The translations under genes and the position numbers were made by a program. The notes beneath the pieces were generated by a model. That model was not told where the DNA came from, did no database searches, and saw nothing but the letters and a program-made list of their open reading frames with translations. A stretch of DNA of 43,106 nucleotides, from assembly GCA_044866005.1 (NCBI GenBank), contig JBIOTN010000012.1, positions 1 through 43,106 of the forward strand, written 5' to 3'. Source of the stretch: Candidatus Rokuibacteriota bacterium (lineage in GTDB: Bacteria > Methylomirabilota > Methylomirabilia > Rokubacteriales > DASRDR01). Each line of letters begins with the position of its first letter. Within the stretch, counting starts at the first letter, position 1. Below, piece after piece: positions 20,605 to 30,456 of this stretch.

Positions 20605-22285
20605 CCTCGAACCTCGCGCGGCGGCAGGCGAGCGCCCAGAGCGGCCCCGCGACCGCCGCGGCCGACAGGGCGAGGGCCGCGAGGAGCGGCCAGACCAGGC
20701 GGCGCGCCGGCGCGCCGCTCAGCGCGGCGACGATCAGGCGGTCGCCGAGCCACCCGACGAGGGCGACGTAGGCGAGCGAGATCGCGGTCGTGGAGAGCCC
20801 GCCGGCGCTCGTCGCCAGGGCCTCCGCGCTCCGACCCCGGAAGTCGGCCCCGCGGACGCCGAGCGCCAGTGCCACGGTCGTGACCGTGACGCTCATGAGG
20901 GCGAGGAGGGCCGCGAAGAGCGCGAAGGCCCCGGGAGAGAGCCCCAGCCGGGCGCCGCCCGCCAGCGCGACCCCGCCGAGCCCGAGGAAGCCCGCGAGGC
21001 TGTACAGCCCGAGCCGGGCCCAGAAGAGGGTGCCGAGCCGCACTGGACTGGTGAAGAGGATCCACGCCGCGCGGCCCTCGAGGCTGAGCGCCGGGTAGAC
21101 GAACCGGAGCGCGACGGTCGTCAGGAAATACCCGGTCGCGAGCAGCGAGAACGCGCAGAGCCGGGCCGTCACGTCCTCCGTGCCGGCCCGACCCGGGATC
21201 GGCACCCGGAAGAAGAGCACGGTGTAGACGAGGAGCAGGAACGCGAAGAACGCCGCCTGGCCGAGCTCCTGCGGGCTTCGCGCCGCCGTGACGAGCTCCT
21301 TTTCCAGGAGCGCGCCGACCGGTCCCCGCAGGACGATCGGAAAGCGCGTCCACCCGCGCGGCCGGATCGCCTCGCCCTCGGGCCGGGCCAGCAGCACGCC
21401 CTCGGCCGCGTTCCACACCACCCGGCGGAAGAGCGCGGCCCCGCCCCCGCACGCGACGGCGAGGGCGAGAACCGGCAGGACGAGGCTCGCCACGAGCGCC
21501 CCCCGCGGATCGCTCCCCTGTCCCGTCGCCAGGCCGAAGAGCGAGGCGGCGAAGGGGTGGCTCGGCCAGCCCGCGAACTTCGCCTCGACGAAGTGGAGCG
21601 CGATCGTGGTCCCGTTCAGCCGGCCGGGCTCGAACATCGTGTCGAAGTCGGCCTGCGTGGGGACCACGGACCGCCCGACGACCAGGCCCGCGACGCCGAG
21701 GAGCGCCACGGTGAGTCCGACGATCCCGGCGCGCGAGCGGAAGTGGCCGAGGAGTGTCGCGAAGAGCATCGTCAGGAGCGTGCCCAGGCTGCCCGCGAAG
21801 ACCAGGAAGCCCCCGAGCAGCGCCGCCCCGGCCAGGTAGAAGCCCGCCGCCCGGTCGTAGCTCGCGCCGAGCGCGGCCAGGGCCGGGGCCGCCAGGACGA
21901 CGAACGCCCAGCTCGTCAGGGCGAAGGTCTCCACGCTCCGCAGCGCGAAGAGCGCGCGGAGCGGCACCGGGCTCGCGAGGAGGAGACGGTTCTCCGCCAC
22001 GCGGAAGAAGAGGGCCGAGCCGGTCACGACGGCGCTCAGCACGCCGATCACGAGGACCAGCACGAAGAACGCCTCGAGCGCGTAGAGGGTGAGCGGCGGG
22101 CCGGCCACGCCCAGCGCGGCCACGGCGCCGAACGAGCGCGTGAAGAAGACGTATTCGCCCGCCATCACGCCCGCGAACAGGAGGAGGAAGGCGGCCGCGA
22201 CGGCGAGCCGCGCCGGCTCCGGCTCGCGGACGAGCTTGGCGGCCAGCCGGATGCGCCAGCGGAGCAGGACGCCGAGGAGCGTCAC
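20597..22285 (-). CDS. ABC-2-type exporter membrane subunit
   Basis: Two TM bundles, LLASPV and SLEGRAAW..FTSP. GTG overlaps the ATPase stop. Confidence 0.8.
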   Translation of the reverse strand: MTLLGVLLRWRIRLAAKLVREPEPARLAVAAAFLLLFAGVMAGEYVFFTRSFGAVAALGVAGPPLTLYALEAFFVLVLVIGVLSAVVTGSALFFRVAENRLLLASPVPLRALFALRSVETFALTSWAFVVLAAPALAALGASYDRAAGFYLAGAALLGGFLVFAGSLGTLLTMLFATLLGHFRSRAGIVGLTVALLGVAGLVVGRSVVPTQADFDTMFEPGRLNGTTIALHFVEAKFAGWPSHPFAASLFGLATGQGSDPRGALVASLVLPVLALAVACGGGAALFRRVVWNAAEGVLLARPEGEAIRPRGWTRFPIVLRGPVGALLEKELVTAARSPQELGQAAFFAFLLLVYTVLFFRVPIPGRAGTEDVTARLCAFSLLATGYFLTTVALRFVYPALSLEGRAAWILFTSPVRLGTLFWARLGLYSLAGFLGLGGVALAGGARLGLSPGAFALFAALLALMSVTVTTVALALGVRGADFRGRSAEALATSAGGLSTTAISLAYVALVGWLGDRLIVAALSGAPARRLVWPLLAALALSAAAVAGPLWALACRRARFEVS

Positions 22286-23049
22286 GACGGGGGCGGGGCC
22301 GCCTCGTCGCGCCGGGTGAAGTGGAGGTAGAGCGCTTCGAGGGATGCCGCCGGCAGGCCGGCCGCCTTCCGGAGCGTCGCGAGGTCCCCTTCCTGGACCA
22401 GGATCCCCTCGCGGAGCAGCCCGACCCGGTGGCAGACCGCCTCGGCGAAGGTGAGGGTGTGGGTGCAGAGGAGCACCGCGCCGCCGGACTCGGCGAAGCG
22501 CGTGAAGAGGTGACGTGTCCGGAGCGCGCTCTCCGGGTCGAGCCCCACGATCGGCTCGTCCGCCACCAGGACCTGCGGCTCGTGGAGCAGGGCCGCCAGG
22601 ATCGTGAGCTTCTGCTTGTTCCCGCGGGAGTAGCCCTCGACGTGCGTGTCGATCACCGCCGACAGGGGGAAGATCCCGAGGAGCCGCTCGATCCGCGCCG
22701 TCCGCTCGGCGCGAGGGACGCCGTAGAGCTCGCCCATGAGGTGCAGGAACTCGCGCCCGGAGAGCTTCTCGTAGACGAAGGGCTCGTCCGGCAGATAGCC
22801 GAGCGCCCGCTTGGCGCGCTCGGGCTCCGCCGCGAGGTCCACGCCGGCCACGACGATCCGGCCCGCCGTCGGCCGGTAGAGGCCGGTCAGCATCTTCACC
22901 GTGGTGGTCTTCCCGGCGCCGTTCGGGCCGATCAGCCCGTAGATCTCGCCCGGCGCGACCGTCACGGTGAGCTCCTGCACCGCGGGGAGCGCCCCGAAGC
23001 GCTTCGTGAGGCGCTCCAGACGGAGGCCGCCGCCGTCCACCGGGGTCAC
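22282..23049 (-). CDS. ABC transporter ATP-binding protein (exporter type)
   Basis: Walker A GPNGAGKTT, signature YSRGN, Walker B LVADEP, H-loop CTH. Confidence 0.93.
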   Translation of the reverse strand: MTPVDGGGLRLERLTKRFGALPAVQELTVTVAPGEIYGLIGPNGAGKTTTVKMLTGLYRPTAGRIVVAGVDLAAEPERAKRALGYLPDEPFVYEKLSGREFLHLMGELYGVPRAERTARIERLLGIFPLSAVIDTHVEGYSRGNKQKLTILAALLHEPQVLVADEPIVGLDPESALRTRHLFTRFAESGGAVLLCTHTLTFAEAVCHRVGLLREGILVQEGDLATLRKAAGLPAASLEALYLHFTRRDEAAPPPS

Positions 23050-23081
23050 GCTTCGCGAGCCTGCGCGACCGACAGAGGTCC

Positions 23082-23264
23082 GCCGGGCCGAGACCCGAGC
23101 AGATCAAGGCCGCAGGCCCGAGGCGCGCCGCGGCGTATGCCGGCCCCCCCACCCATCCCTGTGAGGAGGCGCGGCGAGGGCCCCAGAGGCCGGGACGGCC
23201 GCGAGGCCGCAGCGCGTCCCGGCCGTGATGCAGGACGCCGGGATGCGACGGGTATCGGCACGGC
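23082..23264. mobile_element. Repeat A copy 2 (183 bp, C-rich central module variant)
   Basis: Ends GCCGGGCCGA...TCGGCACGGC; shares CCCCAGAGGCCGGGACGGCCGCGAGGCCGCAG...GCAGGACGCCGGGATGCGACG with the other copies. Confidence 0.8.
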
Positions 23265-23266
23265 GG

Positions 23267-24298
23267 TCAGGGGTGGCGGAACTGGAAGATGGAATACCGG
23301 TCCCGCGGGACGAGCCGCACGGTCTCGAGCCGTCCATCCCGATAGACGAGGAGCTCGACCTCGGTCCCGACCGTGATGCGCCAGAGCTTCCGGTAAAAGT
23401 CTTCCAGGTCGGCCACCCGGTCGCTGTTGAGCCGCACGATGACGTCGCCGTGCCGGAGGCCCGCCGCCCGCGCCGGCCCCGCCGCGGACACCCCCGCGAC
23501 GGCGACGCCGCCGTCGATCGCCACCGCCCGCACTCCGAGCCACGGCCGTGGGGTCCGCGCCGGCCGCCCCTGGCGCTGCAGCGCCTCGCGCACCGGATGG
23601 AAGAGGTCGATGGGGATCGCGAGGTGCTCGCGCTCGAGGCGGAGCGAGACGATCCCGACGACGGCCCCGTCGGGATCCACGAGCGCCGCGCCGCCGAAGG
23701 CGGGGTGGAGGGGTGCGACGATGAGCGCGCGCTCGAGGAGGTATTCCCAGTACGCGACGAAGCGCCGGACCGCGGTGACGGTGCCGGCCCGGGCCTGGAC
23801 GCTGCGCTCCTCGCCCACGCCCACGATCGAGACCGGCTGGCCGGGGGCGATCGGATCGGAGCGGCCGAGCGTCGCCGCCGGGTAGGGGCCGCCCGCGCCG
23901 AGGCGGAGCAGGGCGAGACCGCTCTCGAAGTCGTGGCCCAGCACGCGCGCCGCGACCGTGCGGCCGTCCGGCAGCAGGGCCTCCACCCGCGCGGCCTCGA
24001 GGACCAGGTAGCCGACCGTGAGGACCACGCCCTCGGGGTCGATGATGACGCCCGAGCCGCCGCGCTCGGCGCCGAGCGTCGCCGCGGACGGGCGATCGGC
24101 CGGCACTTCGGCCCGGATCCCCACGATGGCGGGGCTCACGCGGGCGACGGCGGTCGGGACGGCCTGGGCGCTGCCGGGGTCGAGGCGCGGCTCGGGCGGC
24201 CGCGGGGCGGCGACGGCGGCCGTCCCGAGGGCCAGGGCGAGCCCGAGCCCGAGGGCCCGCGCGGACCCGCGCCCCGGCGCCCGGCGCACGGTCCTCAT
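23267..24298 (-). CDS. HtrA/S1C-like trypsin-fold + PDZ protein, catalytic motifs substituted
   Basis: GSGVII, GLALL, RPWLG and PA..AGL..GDVI PDZ pattern. TVGYLV and PAFGGA replace TNxHV and PGNSGG. Confidence 0.85.
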   Translation of the reverse strand: MRTVRRAPGRGSARALGLGLALALGTAAVAAPRPPEPRLDPGSAQAVPTAVARVSPAIVGIRAEVPADRPSAATLGAERGGSGVIIDPEGVVLTVGYLVLEAARVEALLPDGRTVAARVLGHDFESGLALLRLGAGGPYPAATLGRSDPIAPGQPVSIVGVGEERSVQARAGTVTAVRRFVAYWEYLLERALIVAPLHPAFGGAALVDPDGAVVGIVSLRLEREHLAIPIDLFHPVREALQRQGRPARTPRPWLGVRAVAIDGGVAVAGVSAAGPARAAGLRHGDVIVRLNSDRVADLEDFYRKLWRITVGTEVELLVYRDGRLETVRLVPRDRYSIFQFRHP

Positions 24299-24939
24299 GC
24301 CCCCTCCGGCAGGCCGGACGCCGGCGGGGTCAGCCGCGCCGACGGCCGTCCCGGCCGAATGGCGTAGATCAGCGGCAGGCTCGCCACCGTGATCGCCATC
24401 TTCACCACGTACTGGCCGGCGATGAGCGGGGCCAGGGGGAGCACGCCGGCGAAGGCCAGGGTGACGAAGAGGGCCGAGTCGACCGCCGTGGAGACCGCGT
24501 TCGACACCAGCACGCGAACCCAGCGGTAGCCTCCCACGCGCGCGCGCCACCAGGCGAAGAGCTCCGCGTCGACCAGGGACGAGCCGAGGTAGGCCAGCAG
24601 GCTCGCCGCGACGATCCGCGGTGTCGCGCCGAGCACGCGCGTGAACGGCTCGGGGTCGACGAAGGCCGGCGCGGGCGCCCAGACGGTGAGCTGCGCGTAC
24701 GCGGCGAGGAGGAGGTTCGCGCAGAAGGCGGTGGCGATGACCTGCCGGGCCCCGCGCTTGCCGAGCTGCTCGTTGACGAGGTCGAGGAGCGTGAAGGTCA
24801 GGGCGTAGATGAACACGCCGGCCGGCACGATGACCGGGCCCAGCACGATGGGCTTGGCCGCCGTGACGTTGGCGATGAGCTCGCAGGCGACGTAGAGCCC
24901 GACCGCCAGGATGATCGGCGCGCCGGGAGCGTTCGTCAC
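24295..24939 (-). CDS. VUT family / queuosine precursor transporter (YhhQ-like)
   Basis: ANVTAAK, D...E..G, PRIVAASL.AYL, R...SN..ST..DS..F...AF.G. Confidence 0.88.
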   Translation of the reverse strand: MTNAPGAPIILAVGLYVACELIANVTAAKPIVLGPVIVPAGVFIYALTFTLLDLVNEQLGKRGARQVIATAFCANLLLAAYAQLTVWAPAPAFVDPEPFTRVLGATPRIVAASLLAYLGSSLVDAELFAWWRARVGGYRWVRVLVSNAVSTAVDSALFVTLAFAGVLPLAPLIAGQYVVKMAITVASLPLIYAIRPGRPSARLTPPASGLPEGA

Positions 24940-24964
24940 AGGCCGCAGGGCCGGCGGCCCCGGG

Positions 24965-27073
24965 TCAGCGCGCGCGTCCCGGCGCCGCCTCGGCCTCGCC
25001 GCGCTGCGGCGCCCGCTCCACCGTGCCGTAGAGGCGGCGGTAGTGGTGCCAGCTCGTGTAGACGCGCTTGACGAACGCGCGCGTCTCGTCGAACGGGATC
25101 TGATCGACGAACTCTTCGAGGTCCGCCGTCCCCCGCTCGGCGAGCCAGCGCTGCACCCGGTGCGGCCCCGCGTTGTAGCTGGCGACGGCGAGGAGCGGCT
25201 CCTGGAAGCGGGCGCGCAGCTGCGCGAGATAGTGGACGCCGAGCGCGATGTTGACCGGCGGCTCCCAGAGCCCCGCGGGATCGGCGAGCCGGACGCCGGT
25301 GTCCGCGGCGACGAGGCGCGCCGTGTCGGGCATGAGCTGCATCAGCCCGACCGCCCCCACCCAGGAGCGCGCGCGGGGGTCGTAGGAGGACTCCTCGCGG
25401 ATCACCGCCGCGACGAAGAACGCGTCGAGCCGCGCCCGGCGCGCCGCCCCCCTCACGATGTCGGCGTACCCGAAGGGGTAGAACAGGCGCCAGAACTCCG
25501 GCGTGAGCCCCGGCGCCCCCGCCTCGGCCGCTGCGCCGAAGGCCCGGCGGAGGTAGCGAAGGCTCCGCCCGGCCTCGCCGATCTGCGCGAAGGCCACGCC
25601 CAGCGAGAAGGCCCGATCCGCCTCGACGAGCACGTCGCGGCCCAGGAACTCGAACTCGCCGAGCGCGTGGCCCTCGAAGCCGAGCCGCCAGAGCGCGCGG
25701 GCCTTCTGGAAGTGGCGGTCCGGCTCGAGCAGCGCGATCGGATCCGGCGGCAGGCGGACGGGCGCCGCGACCGGGGCCGGCGGCAGCCCGCGGATGCGAC
25801 GCGTGGCGAGGATCCCGTAGTAGGTGTGGGGCGCGCGGCTGAGGACCTCCCGGAAGAGCGCCGCCGCCCCCGGGCGGTCGCCCCCGGCCTGGAGCGCGCG
25901 CGCCGCCCAGTAGAGCGCGCCGAGCCGCTGGCCCGGCGCCGAGTTCGCGAGCTGGCGGAACGCCACCGCGGCCTCCGGAAACCGGCCCGCCCGGTACTCG
26001 AGCCAGGCGAGCTCCCACCCGGCCGCCGCCGCGGCGGGCTGGTCGGCATAGGCCGGCGCGAGCGCGCGGAACGCCGCGCGCGCGCCGTCGGCGTCGCCGA
26101 GCTCCAGCCGGGCGCGGCCGAGGCTGAGCCAGACCTCGGGCACGAGCGGCGAGTCGGGGTGCTCGGCGATCAGCCGCTCCAGCACCGGCACGGCCGCCCC
26201 GGGCTGACCTCCCCGGCGGAGCAGCCGCGCCAGCTCCTGGAGCAACGGCGCCCGCCACGCGGTCGGTGGCTCGACGACCGCCGCCTGGAGGAGCACGAGG
26301 GCCTCGGGACCGCGCCGGAGGCGGGCCAGCGCCGGCGCCAGGCGCAGGAGCGCCCGGTGACGGAGGGCGGGCTCGGGCGACTGGGCGAGCAGCTCCTCGA
26401 GCACCTGGACGCCCGGCGCCAGCTCGTTGGCCTCGATCAGGCGCTGGGCCTGCAGGAGCTGATCGTCCGGGCCGAGCGGCGGAATCGGGACGTTGTGGAG
26501 CTGGGCGAGGGTCTGCATGACCTCGTGCGCCGCCTCTCCCCACGGCGAGGCCGGCGCCTCGAGCCACCGGTGGCGGAGGTCCGCGATCGCGTCGGCCACG
26601 AGTCCCTGCGCGGCGCGGGTCTCGGCCAGCCGGACGAGGACTCGGCCGGCCTCGGGATGAGCCGGGGCCCGGGCGAGCACGCGCCGGGCGTCCCGCTCGG
26701 CGTCCGCCCAGCGCCCGAGCCAGAAGCTCAGATCCGCGGCGGCCACGAGAGCCGGGGGGACGAGCACGGAGTCCGGGAAGCGGTCCGGGAAGGCGCGGAA
26801 GCGGTCGAGGGCGCCGGCCCCGTCGCCGGCGCGGGCCAGGCTCTCCGCCGCGAAATAGGCGGCGTAGTCACCGAGGAGCGAGCCCGCCGGGATGGCCTCG
26901 AAGATGGCGCGCGCCCGATGGAACTCGCCGCCCGCCAGCGCGTCGTGCGCCTCGCGGTAGCGCGCCAGGCCGGGCTCGTCACGCTTGGGCTGGGCCACCC
27001 CGGCGGCCGGCGCGGCGGCCAGCGCCACCCCGGCGAGCAGCAGGAGCGCGACGGGGACGAGCCGGGGCGTCAT
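24965..27073 (-). CDS. Soluble lytic murein transglycosylase (Slt-type, TPR + SLT domain)
   Basis: Signal peptide, TPR-like helices, IREES, GLMQLMP, SYNAG, IPFDETRAFVKRV. Confidence 0.92.
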   Translation of the reverse strand: MTPRLVPVALLLLAGVALAAAPAAGVAQPKRDEPGLARYREAHDALAGGEFHRARAIFEAIPAGSLLGDYAAYFAAESLARAGDGAGALDRFRAFPDRFPDSVLVPPALVAAADLSFWLGRWADAERDARRVLARAPAHPEAGRVLVRLAETRAAQGLVADAIADLRHRWLEAPASPWGEAAHEVMQTLAQLHNVPIPPLGPDDQLLQAQRLIEANELAPGVQVLEELLAQSPEPALRHRALLRLAPALARLRRGPEALVLLQAAVVEPPTAWRAPLLQELARLLRRGGQPGAAVPVLERLIAEHPDSPLVPEVWLSLGRARLELGDADGARAAFRALAPAYADQPAAAAAGWELAWLEYRAGRFPEAAVAFRQLANSAPGQRLGALYWAARALQAGGDRPGAAALFREVLSRAPHTYYGILATRRIRGLPPAPVAAPVRLPPDPIALLEPDRHFQKARALWRLGFEGHALGEFEFLGRDVLVEADRAFSLGVAFAQIGEAGRSLRYLRRAFGAAAEAGAPGLTPEFWRLFYPFGYADIVRGAARRARLDAFFVAAVIREESSYDPRARSWVGAVGLMQLMPDTARLVAADTGVRLADPAGLWEPPVNIALGVHYLAQLRARFQEPLLAVASYNAGPHRVQRWLAERGTADLEEFVDQIPFDETRAFVKRVYTSWHHYRRLYGTVERAPQRGEAEAAPGRAR

Positions 27074-27161
27074 CGTCTCAGTCTAGCAAGAATTCGGGCC
27101 CGACGTGACGGGCCGGCCCCCGCCGGGCCGAGCCGGTCGCCGTCGGACGGAGCCGGCCGGG

Positions 27162-27746
27162 TCAGCGATAGATCCCCCGCGTCGCCCGCCAGGTGTACCC
27201 GATCCGGTGGAGCGCGGTCGCGTTGGCGCCGATCGCGACGATCCAGACGGCGGGCGCGAGGAGGTCCGCGAGGGCGCCGGCCACCAGCACGAGGAGCCGC
27301 TCGCCCCGCTCCATGAGGCCGACCCGGCACTCGACGCCGACCGACTCCGCGCGCGCCCGCGTGTAGCTGACCATTACCGTCCCGATCACGGCGGCGAGCG
27401 TGGCGAGAACGTCCCGCGGCGCGCCGACCCGCATGAAGAGGAGGACCACGCCGGTGAGCACCAGGAGGTCCGAGTACCGGTCGAGCACGGAATCGAGGAA
27501 GGCGCCGAAGGGCGACGTGAGCCCGGACACGCGCGCCAGGGAGCCGTCGAGAATGTCGAGCGCGCCGGCCAGGGCGAGGAGCACCCCGCCCCAGCGCGTG
27601 TGGTCGGTGGCGAACGCGCAGGAGGCCAGGGCGGAGGCGCAGAGGCCGAGGACGGTGAGCTGATTCGGTCGGATCCGGGCGCCGAGCAAGGTGCGCGCCA
27701 CCGGGTCCGCGACGCGAGCCACGTGCTCCTTATACCGGCCCAGCAT
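27162..27746 (-). CDS. CDP-alcohol phosphatidyltransferase
   Basis: PNQLT, DILDGSLAR...FGAFLDSVLDRYSD, SYTRARAE, ERGER. Confidence 0.92.
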   Translation of the reverse strand: MLGRYKEHVARVADPVARTLLGARIRPNQLTVLGLCASALASCAFATDHTRWGGVLLALAGALDILDGSLARVSGLTSPFGAFLDSVLDRYSDLLVLTGVVLLFMRVGAPRDVLATLAAVIGTVMVSYTRARAESVGVECRVGLMERGERLLVLVAGALADLLAPAVWIVAIGANATALHRIGYTWRATRGIYR

Positions 27747-30456
27747 GGAGGGGGCTCCCGCCCTCGAGCGCGTGGGTGACCGCCTCGCGCAGCCGCGCGA
27801 TGCGGACCGGCGCGTCGACCTTCCGGCGCGCCGCGTCGGTGACGTAGAAGGCGTCGAAGGCCTGGTCGCGGTCGGTCGCGATCTTGGCGGTCGCGATGTT
27901 GAGCCCTTCCGCGGCGAGGGCACGCGTGATCAGGTAGAGGAGTCCGACGCGGTCGGGCGCCTTCACCTCCACCACGGTGTGGGTGTCCGAGAGCGAGTTG
28001 TCCACGGTCACCCGGACGGGGCCCCCGTCGACGGGCGCCGGCGTCGCCCGGCCGGACCGGCGGCCCGCGACGAGGCTCTCCACCGATCGCTCGCCGAGGA
28101 GCGCGCGCCGCAGGTCCCCCGTGACCGCCTCCCACCGGCTCTCGTCGAGGATCGCGTCGCCGCCCGCGTCGTTGACGTGGAAGGTGTCCACGGCGATGCC
28201 GTCCGCGCGCGTCTCGATCTGGGCCGAGAGGATGTTCACGGCGTGGGCCGCGAGCGTCCCGGCGATGAGGGCGAAGAGGCCCGCCACGTCGCGGGTCACG
28301 ACGACGAAGTCCGACGCGCCGAGGTCCGGGTAGTGGAAGAGCTCCGTCGCGACGGGCTCGTCGCGCAGGCGGTCGATGAGCCGGAGGTGGGCCGCCATCC
28401 GCTGCGGCGAGGTGGTGCGGACGTAGCGGTCCGACATCGCCTGGAGGTGAACGGCCGCCGCCCGGGCGTAGCCCGGGTCCGCGAGCGCCTGGACGATCCG
28501 GTGCGCGACCGCCGCGCGGCGCGGCGGCTTCGGGCGCCGCCCGGCCAGGCGCGTGCGCGTCCGGACGTAGAGCTCGTGCAGCAGGGCGCCGCGCCAGGCG
28601 TTCCACACCCCGGGACCGACGGCGCGGATGTCCGCGCACGTGAGCAGGTAGAGCATCGTCAGCCACGCCGGGAACCGGACGATCGCCGCGAGCCGCTCGA
28701 CGGTCTTGGGGTCGTCCAGGTCGCGTCGCTCCGCCATGTGGGAGAAGAGCAGGTGGTGCTCGACGAGGAACTCCACGGCCGCCGCGTCGTCGGGATCGAG
28801 GTTGAGCCGCCGGGTCAGCCCCTTGACGAGGGGCACGCCCTTCGCGGCGTGCCCGTGCCCGAGGGCCTTGCCGATGTCGTGGAGGAGGATGCCCATCATC
28901 AGGAGCTCGGGCCGCTCGAGCTCCGCGATGATCTGCGCCAGCTCGTCGGACTCGGGGCCCTGGCCCGGGCCCAACCCCTCCAGCACCTCGACGGCGAGCA
29001 GCGAGTGCTGGTCCACCGTGTAGCGGTGGTAGTGGTCGTACTGGACGAGGCAGGTGAGGGCGCCGAACTCCGGCAGGTAGGCGCCGAGCACGCCGGTATC
29101 GTGCATCCGGCGGAGCGTCGTCGCCACACGACCCCAGGGACCGAGGATGGCGAGGAAGAGCTGACGCAGCTCCGGCGAGGCCCGCCAGCGCTCCGCCTCG
29201 AGGTGGTGCGCCGACTCCTCGACCGCGCGCTCCAGCTCGACGTCCAGGTCGCAGCCGAGTTGCTGCGCGTGCCAGAAGACGCGCAGGATGCGCGCCGGGT
29301 CCTTCCCCAGGGCGCCCGGGTCGGCCAGGTGAAGCCGGCCGTCGTAGACCACCAGGCCATCGGCCAGGGCCGCCCGCCGCCCGCGCCGGCCCACCGTGAC
29401 GCGGCGGCCGAGCCCTTCCTGGCAGCGCGCGATGAGGCGCGCCGAGACGCGGTGGATCGTCCCCGCGTGCCGGTAGTAGTCATGCATGAACTGCTCGACG
29501 GCGAGTCGCGTCTCGTCGTCCTCGTAGCCGAAGCTCTTGGCGATCCGGACTTGCAGGCCTCGCTCCAGGACGTCCTGCTTCGTGCCGGAGAGGAAGTGGA
29601 GCTCGTTCCGGACCCGCCAGAGGTACGTGAGCGCCGCGTCGGTCGCGGCCCGCTCCTTCGGCGTGAGGAGTCCCTTCTCCAGGAGCTCCTGGAGCGTCCG
29701 CGCGCCGAACTTGGTGAAGGCCAGCCAGAGCGCCGTGTGGACGTCCCGCAGGCCGCCGGCGGACTCCTTGACGTTCGGCTCCTGGACGTAGACGGAGCCC
29801 CCGTGCTTGCGGTAGCGCTCGTCGCGCTCCGCGAGCGTCTGGCGGAGGAACTCGGCGTAGTCCTTCCGGTAGACCTCTTGCCGCAGGGTCCGCTGGAACT
29901 TCGCGAACAGCCGCGGGTCCCCGGCCAGCAGCCGCGCGGCCTGCATGGAGGTGCGGCTGGGCAGGTCGGTGCGGGCGAGCGCCAGGCAATCGGCAAGCGA
30001 GCGGCAGGCGTGGCCGACGCGGAGCCCGAGGTCCCACAGGGTGTAGAGGATCTCCTGCGCCATCCGGCGGACGTAGGGCGTGACCTCGCCGCCGTGGATC
30101 AGCATGAGGTCGAGGTCGGAGGAGGGGTGGAGCTCGCCCCGGCCGTAGCCGCCGAGGGCCACGAGGACGAGCGGCGCCTGCCCCGACGTGGCGGCGGCCG
30201 CCTCGCCGTCGGCGAGCTCGAAGAGCAGGCGCAGCAGGTCGTCCATGAAGGCCGCGTGCGCCCGGACGCTCTCCTCGCCGGAGGCCCCGTCCTCGTGCCG
30301 GCTGCGCAGGCGCTCGTACGCGCCGGCGAGGTGCTCGCGGAGGACTTCCAGCCTGAGCCGCCGCCGGCGCTCGGGCCACTCGACGTCCGGACCGCTGAAG
30401 CTCCGCTGGAGGGCCTCTTCGGCCTGCCTGAGGCGACGGGCTAGGGTGTCGGCCAT
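27730..30456 (-). CDS. glnD: [Protein-PII] uridylyltransferase / uridylyl-removing enzyme
   Basis: ALGGYGRGELHPSSDLDL, EPNVKESAGGLRD, YHRYTVDQH, LLHDIGK, two ACT domains (DRVGLLY, DAFYV). Confidence 0.95.
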   Translation of the reverse strand: MADTLARRLRQAEEALQRSFSGPDVEWPERRRRLRLEVLREHLAGAYERLRSRHEDGASGEESVRAHAAFMDDLLRLLFELADGEAAAATSGQAPLVLVALGGYGRGELHPSSDLDLMLIHGGEVTPYVRRMAQEILYTLWDLGLRVGHACRSLADCLALARTDLPSRTSMQAARLLAGDPRLFAKFQRTLRQEVYRKDYAEFLRQTLAERDERYRKHGGSVYVQEPNVKESAGGLRDVHTALWLAFTKFGARTLQELLEKGLLTPKERAATDAALTYLWRVRNELHFLSGTKQDVLERGLQVRIAKSFGYEDDETRLAVEQFMHDYYRHAGTIHRVSARLIARCQEGLGRRVTVGRRGRRAALADGLVVYDGRLHLADPGALGKDPARILRVFWHAQQLGCDLDVELERAVEESAHHLEAERWRASPELRQLFLAILGPWGRVATTLRRMHDTGVLGAYLPEFGALTCLVQYDHYHRYTVDQHSLLAVEVLEGLGPGQGPESDELAQIIAELERPELLMMGILLHDIGKALGHGHAAKGVPLVKGLTRRLNLDPDDAAAVEFLVEHHLLFSHMAERRDLDDPKTVERLAAIVRFPAWLTMLYLLTCADIRAVGPGVWNAWRGALLHELYVRTRTRLAGRRPKPPRRAAVAHRIVQALADPGYARAAAVHLQAMSDRYVRTTSPQRMAAHLRLIDRLRDEPVATELFHYPDLGASDFVVVTRDVAGLFALIAGTLAAHAVNILSAQIETRADGIAVDTFHVNDAGGDAILDESRWEAVTGDLRRALLGERSVESLVAGRRSGRATPAPVDGGPVRVTVDNSLSDTHTVVEVKAPDRVGLLYLITRALAAEGLNIATAKIATDRDQAFDAFYVTDAARRKVDAPVRIARLREAVTHALEGGSPLHAGPV

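Noticed and set aside
24940..24964. preQ1 riboswitch upstream of the VUT transporter
   Set aside because: Only a 25-nt GC-rich gap, with no preQ1 aptamer features such as an A-rich tail.
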